From: an uncultured Bacillales bacterium
Lineage (GTDB): Bacteria > Bacillota_I > Bacilli_A > RFN20 > CAG-826
Reading direction: 5' to 3'
DNA: 42,982 bases
NCBI GenBank assembly: GCA_946630435.1
Contig: CAMOYS010000003.1
Location: forward strand, 1 to 42,982
Of this stretch, positions 1 through 8,620 are shown piece after piece; positions within the stretch are counted from its first letter, which is position 1, and each line of letters begins with the position of its first letter. The position numbers and the translations under genes are program-made. The notes beneath the pieces were generated by a model, which was not told where the DNA came from, made no database searches, and saw nothing but the letters and a program-made list of their open reading frames with translations.

Positions 1-55
1 GCCAACCAGTCTTGTTTCCACCGGAATATAACACTTATTTGTTTCCTCACACAAG
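1..55. repeat. 55-bp terminal direct repeat (copy 1), circular-assembly overlap
   Basis: 1-55 is identical to 42928-42982. Confidence 0.97.
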
Positions 56-234
56 AATATATCGCAACTTGCGTGGTGTTTTCTTGCGACTTTGTAAAAG
101 TCTGCGTGTGTGTATCCGTTGATTTCTAACACATAACTAATAGTGGTGTATTTTCCTTTGACAAAAAAGCCACCTAAAATATTTCCTATTGGTTTAAAAG
201 TGTATCCCTTGTATTTAAATGCTTGTGCTTTCAT
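1..234 (-). CDS. Hypothetical protein, 5' part of a 96-aa ORF crossing the circular junction (continues 42927-42871)
   Basis: ATG at 234 with AAGGAG RBS; MKAQAFKYKGYTFKPIGN...; stays open across the junction to TAA at 42871. Confidence 0.8.
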   Translation of the reverse strand, partial: MKAQAFKYKGYTFKPIGNILGGFFVKGKYTTISYVLEINGYTHADFYKVARKHHASCDIFLCEETNKCYIPVETRLVG

Positions 235-410
235 AAAATTCCGTTCTCCTTAAATTCTTTAATTAAGCCATATCGTTTGGCTAGGCGATAAACCATGTCG
301 CTGTTTTCCATTACTTCTTCCCAACTTTGTGCCTTATTAAAGTTTTGTTCTTGCAATTCCATAGCAAAAAATCTTGCTTGATTTTTCATTGCCAAATAAT
401 TTTTATTCAT
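231..410 (-). CDS. Small phage hypothetical protein (59 aa)
   Basis: Translated by hand: MNKNYLAMKNQARFFAMELQ...LAKRYGLIKEFKENGIL; GGAGG RBS; ATGA overlap with the next gene. Confidence 0.8.
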   Translation of the reverse strand: MNKNYLAMKNQARFFAMELQEQNFNKAQSWEEVMENSDMVYRLAKRYGLIKEFKENGIL

Positions 411-412
411 AA

Positions 413-782
413 TTAGTCCTCCTTTTTATGTTGTTTCCAATATTTAGAATTTTGGTAAATGTCGGTTAAAGTGTCATAAACAAAGCGGTTATATTCGACA
501 TTTTCAAATTCCGTTTCTTCCTTAAAAAACTTGTTTATTTCATCAATTACAATTTTGGTTGCGATTTTCTCGATTTCCTTTTTGCTTTCGTTCCCAGTTA
601 ATCGCATAAAGCCACTACCAAAAACTAGAGTTTCAAAGTCGCTAGTGTGGTGTAGTTCGATACAAAAACTTTGTTCATCATCACAACTCATTTTTGTATT
701 TTGAATAAATAACCAAGTATCCTTTGTGATATAAATTTCGATAAAATCATCAAAGTATGGTATTAAATTTAATAGTTTCATA
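413..782 (-). CDS. Hypothetical protein
   Basis: ORF track 413..814; the second Met (MKLLNL, ~781) follows an AGGGG RBS and is the likelier start. Confidence 0.65.
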
Positions 783-785
783 ATT

Positions 786-1235
786 CTATCCCCTTTTATA
801 TAAACATTTTTCAATAATTTCTTCTATTGTGTTTGGTAGTGGCTTTTCTTCGTTATCAAAACCATTTAACCCCGCTAAACTTGTGCTACTACATTGATAA
901 AGTTTTTTACCAGTATCATAGTAAAGCGTATCTCTATATGTAAAAGTTATACCACCGACACACTCGCCCTTTTCGTTGTGAAAAAATATAGGACAACAAG
1001 CACGACAACCAAAAGTTAAATATCTTTCATCTTTGTCTAAAATCAAGTTCTCACGCTTCGCTATTTCTTCGCAAATAGGTTTCACTAATGTATCAGTCCA
1101 ATGCGGATATGTTCTTTCGTGTTTCGCTAATCGTTTTTGTGCGTTTTCAATTCGTTTTTCTAAACGCTCTTTTTCTTTCGTGTAAGCAAGTATAGTCATT
1201 TCATACTCGCCCAATAATTCGCTAGTAGTTTTCAT
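786..1235 (-). CDS. Hypothetical protein (149 aa)
   Basis: ORF, AGGGGG RBS, tightly packed operon. Confidence 0.8.
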   Translation of the reverse strand: MKTTSELLGEYEMTILAYTKEKERLEKRIENAQKRLAKHERTYPHWTDTLVKPICEEIAKRENLILDKDERYLTFGCRACCPIFFHNEKGECVGGITFTYRDTLYYDTGKKLYQCSSTSLAGLNGFDNEEKPLPNTIEEIIEKCLYKRG

Positions 1236-1414
1236 TTTCTTTGCCCCCTTGTATATCCGTTTCTAATAAGTTCAATTTCTAGGTCACGCAACCCTTTTTG
1301 TGTGACAATATCAATAGCAAAATCGCATACCTTATCACTTGTTTGGTATGTCTTGCTTAATGTATCCATAATTAAATAATTAGCGGTCTTTCCGCCCCTA
1401 AATGTTAATTTCAT
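1232..1414 (-). CDS. Hypothetical protein (60 aa)
   Basis: ORF with ATGA overlaps on both sides. Confidence 0.75.
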   Translation of the reverse strand: MKLTFRGGKTANYLIMDTLSKTYQTSDKVCDFAIDIVTQKGLRDLEIELIRNGYTRGQRK

Positions 1415-1713
1415 TTGTAAAACCCTCCTAAGTCCATAATTGGCTTTGAAATATGCCCTCTAATACCTTTTGCTGGTGCGTTCCAACTAGCCGATTTATA
1501 GAGGTTACCCTCAAAATCAATAAAGCAAAAAGCACTCGCATACTTTCCGCTCATATATTGAATAACCCTAATATATTTCTTGCCTATTGAATAATCATAG
1601 TAGTCTTTAAGACTTGGATATTTTGCCCTATGTTGCTTTGTTAGTTCTTTGCAATAATTATCGACAAGTTTAAATAATTCCGTTCTATCCATACTAATTG
1701 TCCTCGCTTTCAC
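1411..1713 (-). CDS. Conserved phage early protein (GKKY...FID..G.LYK.ASW.APAK.IRG type)
   Basis: Motif recalled from small proteins of diverse phages; function unknown. Confidence 0.75.
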   Translation of the reverse strand: MKARTISMDRTELFKLVDNYCKELTKQHRAKYPSLKDYYDYSIGKKYIRVIQYMSGKYASAFCFIDFEGNLYKSASWNAPAKGIRGHISKPIMDLGGFYK

Positions 1714-2206
1714 AAAGTCTTTCTAAAGTCCATTTATTAGCCCATAGATAACTAATAATCTCTGTGGCTTGTTTGCCATACTTTGACTTTAAATCTTTGT
1801 AGATAACTAGCATTTCTTTTAATTTCTTTTCGTTTATTAAATTGGTTCGTGTTATTTCGTTATCAATTTCACTAATTCTAGTTTCTAAATCAAAATCGTT
1901 TTTAATCTCAAAGCCGTTGTAATACCAGTCATAGCGTGATGAAAAATATCCGCGATGATATTCGCCTTGTTGTTTTTTAACATTAATTGAGCAAATAAAA
2001 TGTCCTCTATATCTAAAGTAATATTCGCTCTTGTTATCGTTGTCTTTATCGACACAAAATCTATCGAGCAAGTTTCCAAACTTTTGTTCGGTTTCTAAAG
2101 CGGTTTTAATTACCCCTCTAATATCCCAACTAATATCTAACCTATCCCCCATTTTCTTTTCTAATAATTCATTGTTTAAAGCATTTAATAATGTTTCTCT
2201 ATTCAT
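1694..2206 (-). CDS. Hypothetical protein (170 aa)
   Basis: ORF, AGGGGG RBS. Confidence 0.8.
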   Translation of the reverse strand: MNRETLLNALNNELLEKKMGDRLDISWDIRGVIKTALETEQKFGNLLDRFCVDKDNDNKSEYYFRYRGHFICSINVKKQQGEYHRGYFSSRYDWYYNGFEIKNDFDLETRISEIDNEITRTNLINEKKLKEMLVIYKDLKSKYGKQATEIISYLWANKWTLERLCESEDN

Positions 2207-2218
2207 AATCTATCCCCC

Positions 2219-2569
2219 TTATAAAGTTTCAATTTCTTTGTCAATTTCTTCTAATCGTGCTTGCAAGCGTTTTGTTTCTTCTTCGATAGCAACTTTTAAT
2301 AAATCTAACGACACAACACAATTAACGCTATTTCTACTAGAAATGTTATCGTGGTATATTTCGATATGTTTTAGATATTTTGAGTTAATATTTCTATCTA
2401 CGCTCGCTTGTAAAGTGGTATCAACACTAAAATTGCTTTGGCAATATTCGTTTCCGTGTAAAGCGTTGTCAATTCTTTCTATTGCTTTTAAGTTTCTATT
2501 GATATAATCAAAAGTTCTTTCTTTCATTTTTGCCAAATCGTTGGCTCGTTGTAAATTTTCTAATTTCAT
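2219..2569 (-). CDS. Hypothetical coiled-coil protein (116 aa)
   Basis: ORF, AGGGGG RBS. Confidence 0.8.
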   Translation of the reverse strand: MKLENLQRANDLAKMKERTFDYINRNLKAIERIDNALHGNEYCQSNFSVDTTLQASVDRNINSKYLKHIEIYHDNISSRNSVNCVVSLDLLKVAIEEETKRLQARLEEIDKEIETL

Positions 2570-2580
2570 AATGTTACCCC

Positions 2581-3051
2581 CTATTCATAATCGTTATATT
2601 CGCAATCTAATTCACTTGTTTCACTTTCTAAATCATCAAGCGTGTTGCAAATATGTTCAATTTCACTTTCTAAAGCGGTTAAATCTATGTCGCTTATGTC
2701 ATACTCGTTTGTGTCAATTTCGTGGCTATATAGGTCGTTTTTAAAACTATCAAAAGTATCTTGAATTTCCATAACTTTGTTATGTAACTCGGCAAACAAT
2801 AACGCTAATTCTTTTGGTAGTCTTTTGGCGCTTGTTTCTTCTTCTTCGCCTAAAACATAATCGTTATAAAATCTATTATCAATATAGATTTTAACATAAG
2901 CGCCTAACCAACCATACGGCTTTTTATCCGCAAAGTCTGTGGCTTGTTCTAGCGTTTCAAAAGTATCCTCATAAGTTTCTTCTAATTCGTGGTATAAATC
3001 ACCCCACTCGTTTTCATATTGTGTATATACTTTGCTTGTAACTTTAATCAT
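2581..3051 (-). CDS. Very acidic hypothetical protein (156 aa)
   Basis: ORF; D/E-rich throughout, especially the C-terminal third. Confidence 0.8.
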   Translation of the reverse strand: MIKVTSKVYTQYENEWGDLYHELEETYEDTFETLEQATDFADKKPYGWLGAYVKIYIDNRFYNDYVLGEEEETSAKRLPKELALLFAELHNKVMEIQDTFDSFKNDLYSHEIDTNEYDISDIDLTALESEIEHICNTLDDLESETSELDCEYNDYE

Positions 3052-3072
3052 AATCGTTTATCCGCCTTTCTT

Positions 3073-3802
3073 TTAAAATGAATAACGCTCATAACAAGCG
3101 TTTCTTGTGTATCCAGTAATTTTATAAATTTCGATTTCTTCTTTGTCACAACCTAAATTATCAATTAAGTTTTGTTCGCTATCGTAACTATCGACATAAA
3201 CGGAAAAAGAATTTTCTTCGTTATCAAAATCTTCTTTATTTTCGTAAACCCTATATTCGCAACCAGTATTAAAGTAACAAATTTCTAGGTATTTAAGCAT
3301 ATCGCTAGTTATTTCTTCACTAACATAGCATTGTTGCCAGTCACTTTGAGAACAACCCCTAATAGTTTCAAATTGCCACTTTTTGCCAGTCATTAAAAAT
3401 AACGCATTACAAATCATTTCTTCGCTCAAATAATAGGTTTTAAAATAATCTTCGATAAGTAGTTTCCACTTATGAATTTCTTGTTTGGTATATTTTTTTG
3501 CCACTATCTTTAGGAAAATACCACTCTATCGCTTGCGTTAAATTATCAAATTCTTTCCAGTATCCCTTATTAAAATAGCACTCAAAATATTGATAATTTG
3601 CATTGTTAAAATCTAAAAGTCTTTTAAAATCTTTAGTGATAATTCCTAAAAAATCATTATTGCCGTAAATAACTACTTCGTTGCAATAAACATCATCATT
3701 TATTCCTAATTCATATTTGCCAGTGTTTTTATCCTTATAGTGATAGAAAAAGTCGCTATCTTGTAATTCTTCTTCCACTTGTCTTGCGTAGTATTTAATC
3801 AT
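3073..3802 (-). pseudogene. One gene apparently split into two ORFs (3470..3802 and 3073..3504) at an A7 run
   Basis: Removing one base from the T7 run at 3493-3499 fuses ...FPKDSGKK to YTKQEIHKWK...; the downstream ORF has only a GTG with no RBS. Confidence 0.65.
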
Positions 3803-3813
3803 TGTTTTACCCC

Positions 3814-4128
3814 CTATAAGTCACAAGTATCGCCTAAATAAAGCACATACTCGTTATTCTTGTTGTATCGCTCAAATTCTTCCGTATCAAAAATGCGGTA
3901 ACTCTTATTCGTGCAAAGTAAACCTAAATTGTTTGGTTTTTTCATTTCCTTAATGCGATAATCGGCTTTTCCGTAGTTAGCGGTGGTTATTCCACACCAA
4001 CCGCCTACATAGTCCGTATCGCCTAATTCAACCGCTAAACTATCCCTAAATTTATCTTTGGTTAAAATATAGCGTTTGGTTTTTCCGTTTCTAAAAATGC
4101 TAATCGTATAAACATAAGTTTTTCTCAC
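3814..4128 (-). CDS. Hypothetical protein (104 aa)
   Basis: ORF, GTG start after AGGGGG RBS. Confidence 0.75.
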   Translation of the reverse strand: MRKTYVYTISIFRNGKTKRYILTKDKFRDSLAVELGDTDYVGGWCGITTANYGKADYRIKEMKKPNNLGLLCTNKSYRIFDTEEFERYNKNNEYVLYLGDTCDL

Positions 4129-4131
4129 AGA

Positions 4132-4422
4132 TTATCTACCCCCTTGTTTTTTAGTTAATTCATACGCTTTTGTGTAGCGTGCGATTTGTTGTATATAGTG
4201 TGTTTTTGCTTTAGCACATAAGCGGTCATAATCGCTTTTAGTGGCTAGTTTTACCCACTCAATAGGATATAGGTTAAACCCACACATTAAGCCCTTATCC
4301 GTGGCTTTGTGATTTTCCTTATCAAAAACTTTAATTTCCGTGATAGTTTCCCCTAAATAGTTTTTGCCACTTATTTTAATAAGCGTTCCGTTTTCTAATT
4401 TTTCGATTTCTTTTAAAGTCAT
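4132..4422 (-). CDS. Hypothetical protein (96 aa)
   Basis: ORF, AGGGGG RBS. Confidence 0.8.
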   Translation of the reverse strand: MTLKEIEKLENGTLIKISGKNYLGETITEIKVFDKENHKATDKGLMCGFNLYPIEWVKLATKSDYDRLCAKAKTHYIQQIARYTKAYELTKKQGGR

Positions 4423-4433
4423 AGATTTACCCC

Positions 4434-4703
4434 CTATTCTTTTCGAATTTTCTTTAATGCCTCATAAAGCATAGGCAACTCGTTTTCCGTTGCTAAATCT
4501 TTAATGTTATAAGCAAACCAGTTTGGATACATAGGTCTATTTTCCGTGTAAAACTCAATGTAGCCTAAATTATCCATACACAACGCTTGCACGCCTAACT
4601 CGTTTCTTTCGAGCGTTATATCAATAACTTTGTTGTTATCCATATCGTAAGCAAACTCGAGTTTAGCGGTGCTTAACAATTCAACTAATCGTTTCTTACC
4701 CAT
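4434..4703 (-). CDS. Hypothetical protein (89 aa)
   Basis: ORF in packed operon. Confidence 0.75.
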   Translation of the reverse strand: MGKKRLVELLSTAKLEFAYDMDNNKVIDITLERNELGVQALCMDNLGYIEFYTENRPMYPNWFAYNIKDLATENELPMLYEALKKIRKE

Positions 4704-5031
4704 AGTATTTTTCTAACCTCTTTTGTTCTTTGGTGGTTAAATTAAAAAGTGTCGAGTGACACTCTTTAAGTAGTAGTTTAGCCATATTGAGCGTAACGCC
4801 AGTGGTTGCCTCGCTCATATATCCATACATTACATAAAAGTAATATTTGCCTATAAACACTTTTTTGGTGTATTTAAGCGGTGCGTTAATAATCTCGAGG
4901 TCTAGCCCTAAATCATTATCGTTTTGCACCTCATATTTGCCGTAAATTGTTTTCCATACAAAGCCTAAACAATTTTTGTTATGTAGTATCGCTTTAGCCA
5001 AATTAATTGATTTCATAGCACTTGCCCCCAC
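4696..5031 (-). CDS. Hypothetical protein
   Basis: ORF; start may be the ATG at 5016 (MKSINL). Confidence 0.7.
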   Translation of the reverse strand: MGASAMKSINLAKAILHNKNCLGFVWKTIYGKYEVQNDNDLGLDLEIINAPLKYTKKVFIGKYYFYVMYGYMSEATTGVTLNMAKLLLKECHSTLFNLTTKEQKRLEKYYG

Positions 5032-5207
5032 TCATATTGTTGCTTTGCGGTTATGCGACTATCACGGCATAAATAGCCCACATAATCAACCCAGTAGCAA
5101 CGGATAGTGGTTGTTCCTAACCTCGCTTTTAATTCCTCAATAGTGAGGCAATTTTCTTGTTGCATTAATGTTTCAAAAAATTCTTGTTTTGCTTGTTTAA
5201 ATGTCAT
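5013..5207 (-). CDS. Small phage hypothetical protein (64 aa)
   Basis: ORF, AGGGGG RBS. Confidence 0.75.
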   Translation of the reverse strand: MTFKQAKQEFFETLMQQENCLTIEELKARLGTTTIRCYWVDYVGYLCRDSRITAKQQYEWGQVL

Positions 5208-5208
5208 A

Positions 5209-5475
5209 TTACTTGTCCCCCTTAATCTTGCTTAACGCATTATCGAGCGCAATTTCTCGTTGTATGTCTTGCGTAATATCCGCACCATATAACGCCTCTA
5301 AAAACATTTCACAACCAGTTTCGTTTAACTCGGTTTTTGCCCAGTTTTCCAAATTCAAAAATAATGCTTTTCGGTCTTTGAGCGGATACTGGATAAAACG
5401 CTCGGTTATTAGTTTTTTAAATTGCTTAATAGCAAGTGTTCTACTTGCTTGTTTTCCGTGTCTTGACTTTGCCAT
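5209..5475 (-). CDS. Hypothetical protein (88 aa)
   Basis: ORF, AGGGGG RBS. Confidence 0.75.
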   Translation of the reverse strand: MAKSRHGKQASRTLAIKQFKKLITERFIQYPLKDRKALFLNLENWAKTELNETGCEMFLEALYGADITQDIQREIALDNALSKIKGDK

Positions 5476-5484
5476 AAATACCCC

Positions 5485-5871
5485 CTAATTAATGTTTGAT
5501 AATTGGTTAAAAATTTCGTTTCTAAAGCGTGTTTTTGCTTGTTCTAAACCTAAATAGAAATAAGAACGATTAAGATAATAATTGCGTATTTCCCACGCAC
5601 CCATAAAAGTTTTGCGAGCGTAATTAGTGTTAAATGCCCCTATGTTGTTAAAAATAATTTCGTATGCTCGTTGTAAACTTTTGCCTAAATCGTGCAATTT
5701 ATAAATCAACTTGCAAGCGTATGAATAACCCACGCTATTTATATAACAAGCGTGTTTTAATTCTTTTAAGTGTTCTTTGGATAAACAAACATAATCGGCT
5801 AAAGCCGTGCTTTCTATCCCAAAATCGTATGCGTGTAAAGTATCCGCTAAATTTCTTTGTAAATGTTTCAT
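5485..5871 (-). CDS. Hypothetical protein (128 aa)
   Basis: ORF, AGGGGG RBS. Confidence 0.75.
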   Translation of the reverse strand: MKHLQRNLADTLHAYDFGIESTALADYVCLSKEHLKELKHACYINSVGYSYACKLIYKLHDLGKSLQRAYEIIFNNIGAFNTNYARKTFMGAWEIRNYYLNRSYFYLGLEQAKTRFRNEIFNQLSNIN

Positions 5872-5886
5872 TTTTCGCTATCCCCC

Positions 5887-6228
5887 TTAATTTTGAGTAA
5901 TTGCTCTAAAATCGTTAAATGATAATTCTTTAACTTTTAGTAACTTTTTAAAGCCCTTAATTAAGCCCTTATATGATTTGCTCGTTACGGCTCTTTCATA
6001 TTGCTCTTTTTTCTCGTTAAATCGGTTTTCTAATTCTTTTAAAGTTTTAGCACCAACTACCGCCATGCCAGTTAATTTATCACTTAAAATAAAAGTCTTT
6101 GTAAGTGGCTCTTTTCTTACAAAAAGTCTGGTATCGTTTTTATATGTTTTTCCGCTAACTTGTTGTAAAACAATCTTATTATTAGCGATTATTCTTGTAT
6201 TAATGTAAAAATTTTCATTATATTGCAT
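5887..6228 (-). CDS. Basic hypothetical protein (113 aa), first gene after the structured leader
   Basis: ORF, GAAAGTAGGA RBS. Confidence 0.75.
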   Translation of the reverse strand: MQYNENFYINTRIIANNKIVLQQVSGKTYKNDTRLFVRKEPLTKTFILSDKLTGMAVVGAKTLKELENRFNEKKEQYERAVTSKSYKGLIKGFKKLLKVKELSFNDFRAITQN

Positions 6229-6244
6229 AGTTTTTATCCTACTT

Positions 6245-6612
6245 TCTAAAATGCCCCTATAGACATTTTTAAGGTGGTTTGACTTTCGCCTATGGCTTTT
6301 ATTGTCACGGCTCTAACCAAAATTCAAAGAGTTTTCATCAAATTGCTAAAACACAAACAAAGCGTTCTTATTATTTTCTTGTCGCTTTTAAACGCATAAA
6401 CTTGCGACACGGCTTTATTATTCTTGTCACGCCATAAAGCCCCTATAGGCGTTTTTGGTCTATCGCTTGATAGTATCTTCCGTTGTCCCTTATTTAATGA
6501 GGTCTTGCCTCTCGAGGTGTAACAACCGCTTTTATCGTGTTGCCTCGTTCACGGCTTCGCAAGTGTTCGGCGCTTGTTCTACGCTTAAATTCTATTTAAT
6601 AATCAAGCGATA
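6245..6612 (-). ncRNA. Candidate structured non-coding RNA or long 5' leader (family not recognised)
   Basis: No long ORF; GC richer than flanks; 11-bp inverted repeat 6461-6471/6602-6612 enclosing nested stems; several more hairpins including GGC-GAAA-GTC; duplicated GCCCCTATAG and TTGTCACG motifs. Confidence 0.55.
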
Positions 6613-6815
6613 ATACACAATATTAAAAATATTATAAATATTAAGAATATTATTCTTTTTCGTTATAGTCGCATTAATACTAATTTATTAAAATAGCCGT
6701 ATTTAGCAAATTAAAGCCGTTTCTAGCGTTGTTTTATCGTGGCTTGATAAAATATCCATAAAATAAAATTAAGTGGCTTATTTTGGCTTATTTTGTAAAC
6801 TGGTTAAAAAAGCAT

Positions 6816-6848
6816 AAAAAAAGCACGGGCAATAATTCCCGTGCTTTT
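6816..6848 (-). terminator. Intrinsic terminator
   Basis: AAAAGCACGGG-8 nt-CCCGTGCTTTT with a U7 tail on the minus strand, just after the 6854 stop. Confidence 0.85.
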
Positions 6849-6853
6849 AGTTT

Positions 6854-7042
6854 TTAAATAATAAAATTATCGTATCCGTTGCGGTCAATATAGTGCGATT
6901 TTTTCGGCAATTTTAAAAGAAAGTTTTTAACGATAATATAAAGCATTTTACTATTTGTTTGCTCGTTTTCGCTTGCTAATTCTTTTAATTGCTCGGCTTG
7001 TTCGCTTGTAAGATTAATTATGAATTGATTGTTGCGTTTCAT
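6854..7042 (-). CDS. Ribbon-helix-helix-like small regulator
   Basis: QFIINLTSEQAEQLKELA....SKMLYIIVKNFL fits the RHH beta-alpha-alpha pattern. Confidence 0.6.
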   Translation of the reverse strand: MKRNNQFIINLTSEQAEQLKELASENEQTNSKMLYIIVKNFLLKLPKKSHYIDRNGYDNFII

Positions 7043-7049
7043 TGTTTCA

Positions 7050-7364
7050 CTATTCTCTTTCTTTAATAGTTATCATTAACGGGCTTTCACACTTTAAAAT
7101 TTTATATTCATATTTTTTTAAAAGTCTTTCTAAAGTGCTTTTATAAATTGCGCTAGCGTTTGCAATTTCGCAATTATAGAAAATTATTTCTTTTTCATAA
7201 TCATATTTGCGCTTGCCATAAGCCACACAGCCGTAATAATAATTAGTTACGATAAAATTATCACAACCCAAAAAAACAAGTAAAAATTCGCTCTTTTTTT
7301 GGTTAATAAAACAATATGAGCAATTATATTTTATAGTTTGATTATAAAGCGTTTTAATGTTCAT
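7050..7364 (-). CDS. Hypothetical protein (104 aa)
   Basis: ORF, AGGGGG RBS. Confidence 0.75.
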   Translation of the reverse strand: MNIKTLYNQTIKYNCSYCFINQKKSEFLLVFLGCDNFIVTNYYYGCVAYGKRKYDYEKEIIFYNCEIANASAIYKSTLERLLKKYEYKILKCESPLMITIKERE

Positions 7365-7594
7365 TATTTAGCCCCCTTAATTTCTTTTATTTCTTCCTCG
7401 GTTAATTCGTGTAGCCAGTCAGTAAAAGAGTTAATTTCTACATAGTCGGTTAAATCTTCGATATAGTCAAAATAATAATCAACGAATTTTTGCAACTCGT
7501 TTTTTTCGATTTCTTCTTTATCTTCGTTATACATATTTTTATATATATAATCTTGGTCACACCAGCGTAAAAAGTCATTTCTACCTATATGCAT
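7364..7594 (-). CDS. Small acidic/aromatic hypothetical protein (76 aa)
   Basis: ORF, AGGGG RBS. Confidence 0.75.
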   Translation of the reverse strand: MHIGRNDFLRWCDQDYIYKNMYNEDKEEIEKNELQKFVDYYFDYIEDLTDYVEINSFTDWLHELTEEEIKEIKGAK

Positions 7595-7597
7595 AAT

Positions 7598-7879
7598 TTA
7601 ACCCCTTAAAACTCTTTCAAAGTCTTTCTTCGTTTTTGGTGCATTTTTAACCTCGTAAAAAGATAAAAACGCTTTTAAATGTCTTAATGTGGTATTGCTT
7701 AAAAGTAATTCCTCTTTAACGCTTTTATTAAGTTTAAAAGTCTTTTCTTTTGTGTTAACCTCGCAAACATTAGTTAAATAAGAAAATAAAACGGCTTTGT
7801 TTTCGCTTTCTTTTACAATCGCTTTATTATAAAAACTCGCTCTCTTTTCGTTTTGTGGTTTAAGATAAAACTCTTTCAT
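7598..7879 (-). CDS. Conserved phage early protein (SFY.KA...L.SY.T.V...S.TT.RH...F type)
   Basis: Motif recalled from early-region proteins of Firmicutes phages; GAAAGCGAGG RBS. Confidence 0.75.
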   Translation of the reverse strand: MKEFYLKPQNEKRASFYNKAIVKESENKAVLFSYLTNVCEVNTKEKTFKLNKSVKEELLLSNTTLRHLKAFLSFYEVKNAPKTKKDFERVLRG

Positions 7880-8132
7880 AATTCTTTTTGTTTCCTCGCT
7901 TTCTTAAATAAATATAAAAAAGTTAGATAACATAAAAAATCTTGCTAGTTATCATTTTTAATAATATTAGTAATTGCTTTTTTAAATACTCTTAAAGAAT
8001 AGAATTAATTATAAATTAGTAATTATATTTTTGAGCCTTATTATAACGGCAAGCGTTAAAAAAGTAATAATTTTCACTCGCTTGCTTTCGGTAGTTTTTA
8101 CGGGCTTTTTTCTTTTCGCTTTTATTCATAAT

Positions 8133-8351
8133 TTAACGCTCGCTTTCTGGGTTATCGTTTCCAGTTAAAACAAAGTAAATATTTTTTAATAATCTTTGTT
8201 GTTGTGGTGTTCCGCTTTTCATATCCACATTATAGATATAAGTGCAAGCGACTAATTCAATTAATTTGTTTAATTGTGCTTTTGTAAATGCCTTACTATC
8301 TTTTAAAGCATAGTGCCTATTTAATTGATTAATAATAGTAGTGAATTTCAT
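8133..8351 (-). CDS. Hypothetical protein (72 aa), first gene of the leftward operon
   Basis: ORF with GAGG RBS, downstream of the 8592-8620 promoter. Confidence 0.7.
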   Translation of the reverse strand: MKFTTIINQLNRHYALKDSKAFTKAQLNKLIELVACTYIYNVDMKSGTPQQQRLLKNIYFVLTGNDNPESER

Positions 8352-8591
8352 TGTTTTTTTGTTCCTCTTTTCGTTTCTTTTGGTGTATCCCCTAAGAGTA
8401 TTAAAAAAAGCAACTACATATATATTATTTCGCTACTTTCAAAGCATTAATATTAATGCGTGCATTACATAACTAAAATAATTAATTATCACATAGCAAT
8501 AATATTTTTGCTTTGCTATTCGCTTTAATAGTTAGAACGGCGCAACCCTTGACAAGTTACTGGGGCAACTCTCGTAACCCTTACGCTTATT

Positions 8592-8620
8592 AATATAAAC
8601 AATATTTAGAATATTATCAA
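8592..8620 (-). promoter_or_regulatory. Leftward sigma-A-type promoter for the small-gene block
   Basis: TTGATA-17 nt-TATATT on the minus strand, A-tract upstream. Confidence 0.6.

Noticed and set aside
2031-2744. Plus-strand ORFs opposite the small-gene block (also 5201, 5664, 5978) and minus-strand ORFs inside structural genes (e.g. 13150, 20513, 21533)
   Set aside because: Antisense shadows of well-supported genes, without RBSs.
6245-6612. CRISPR mini-array or hammerhead ribozyme
   Set aside because: Repeats are only 8-10 nt and irregularly spaced; the nearest core reads TTGATGA, not CTGATGA, and I could not build the three-stem junction.
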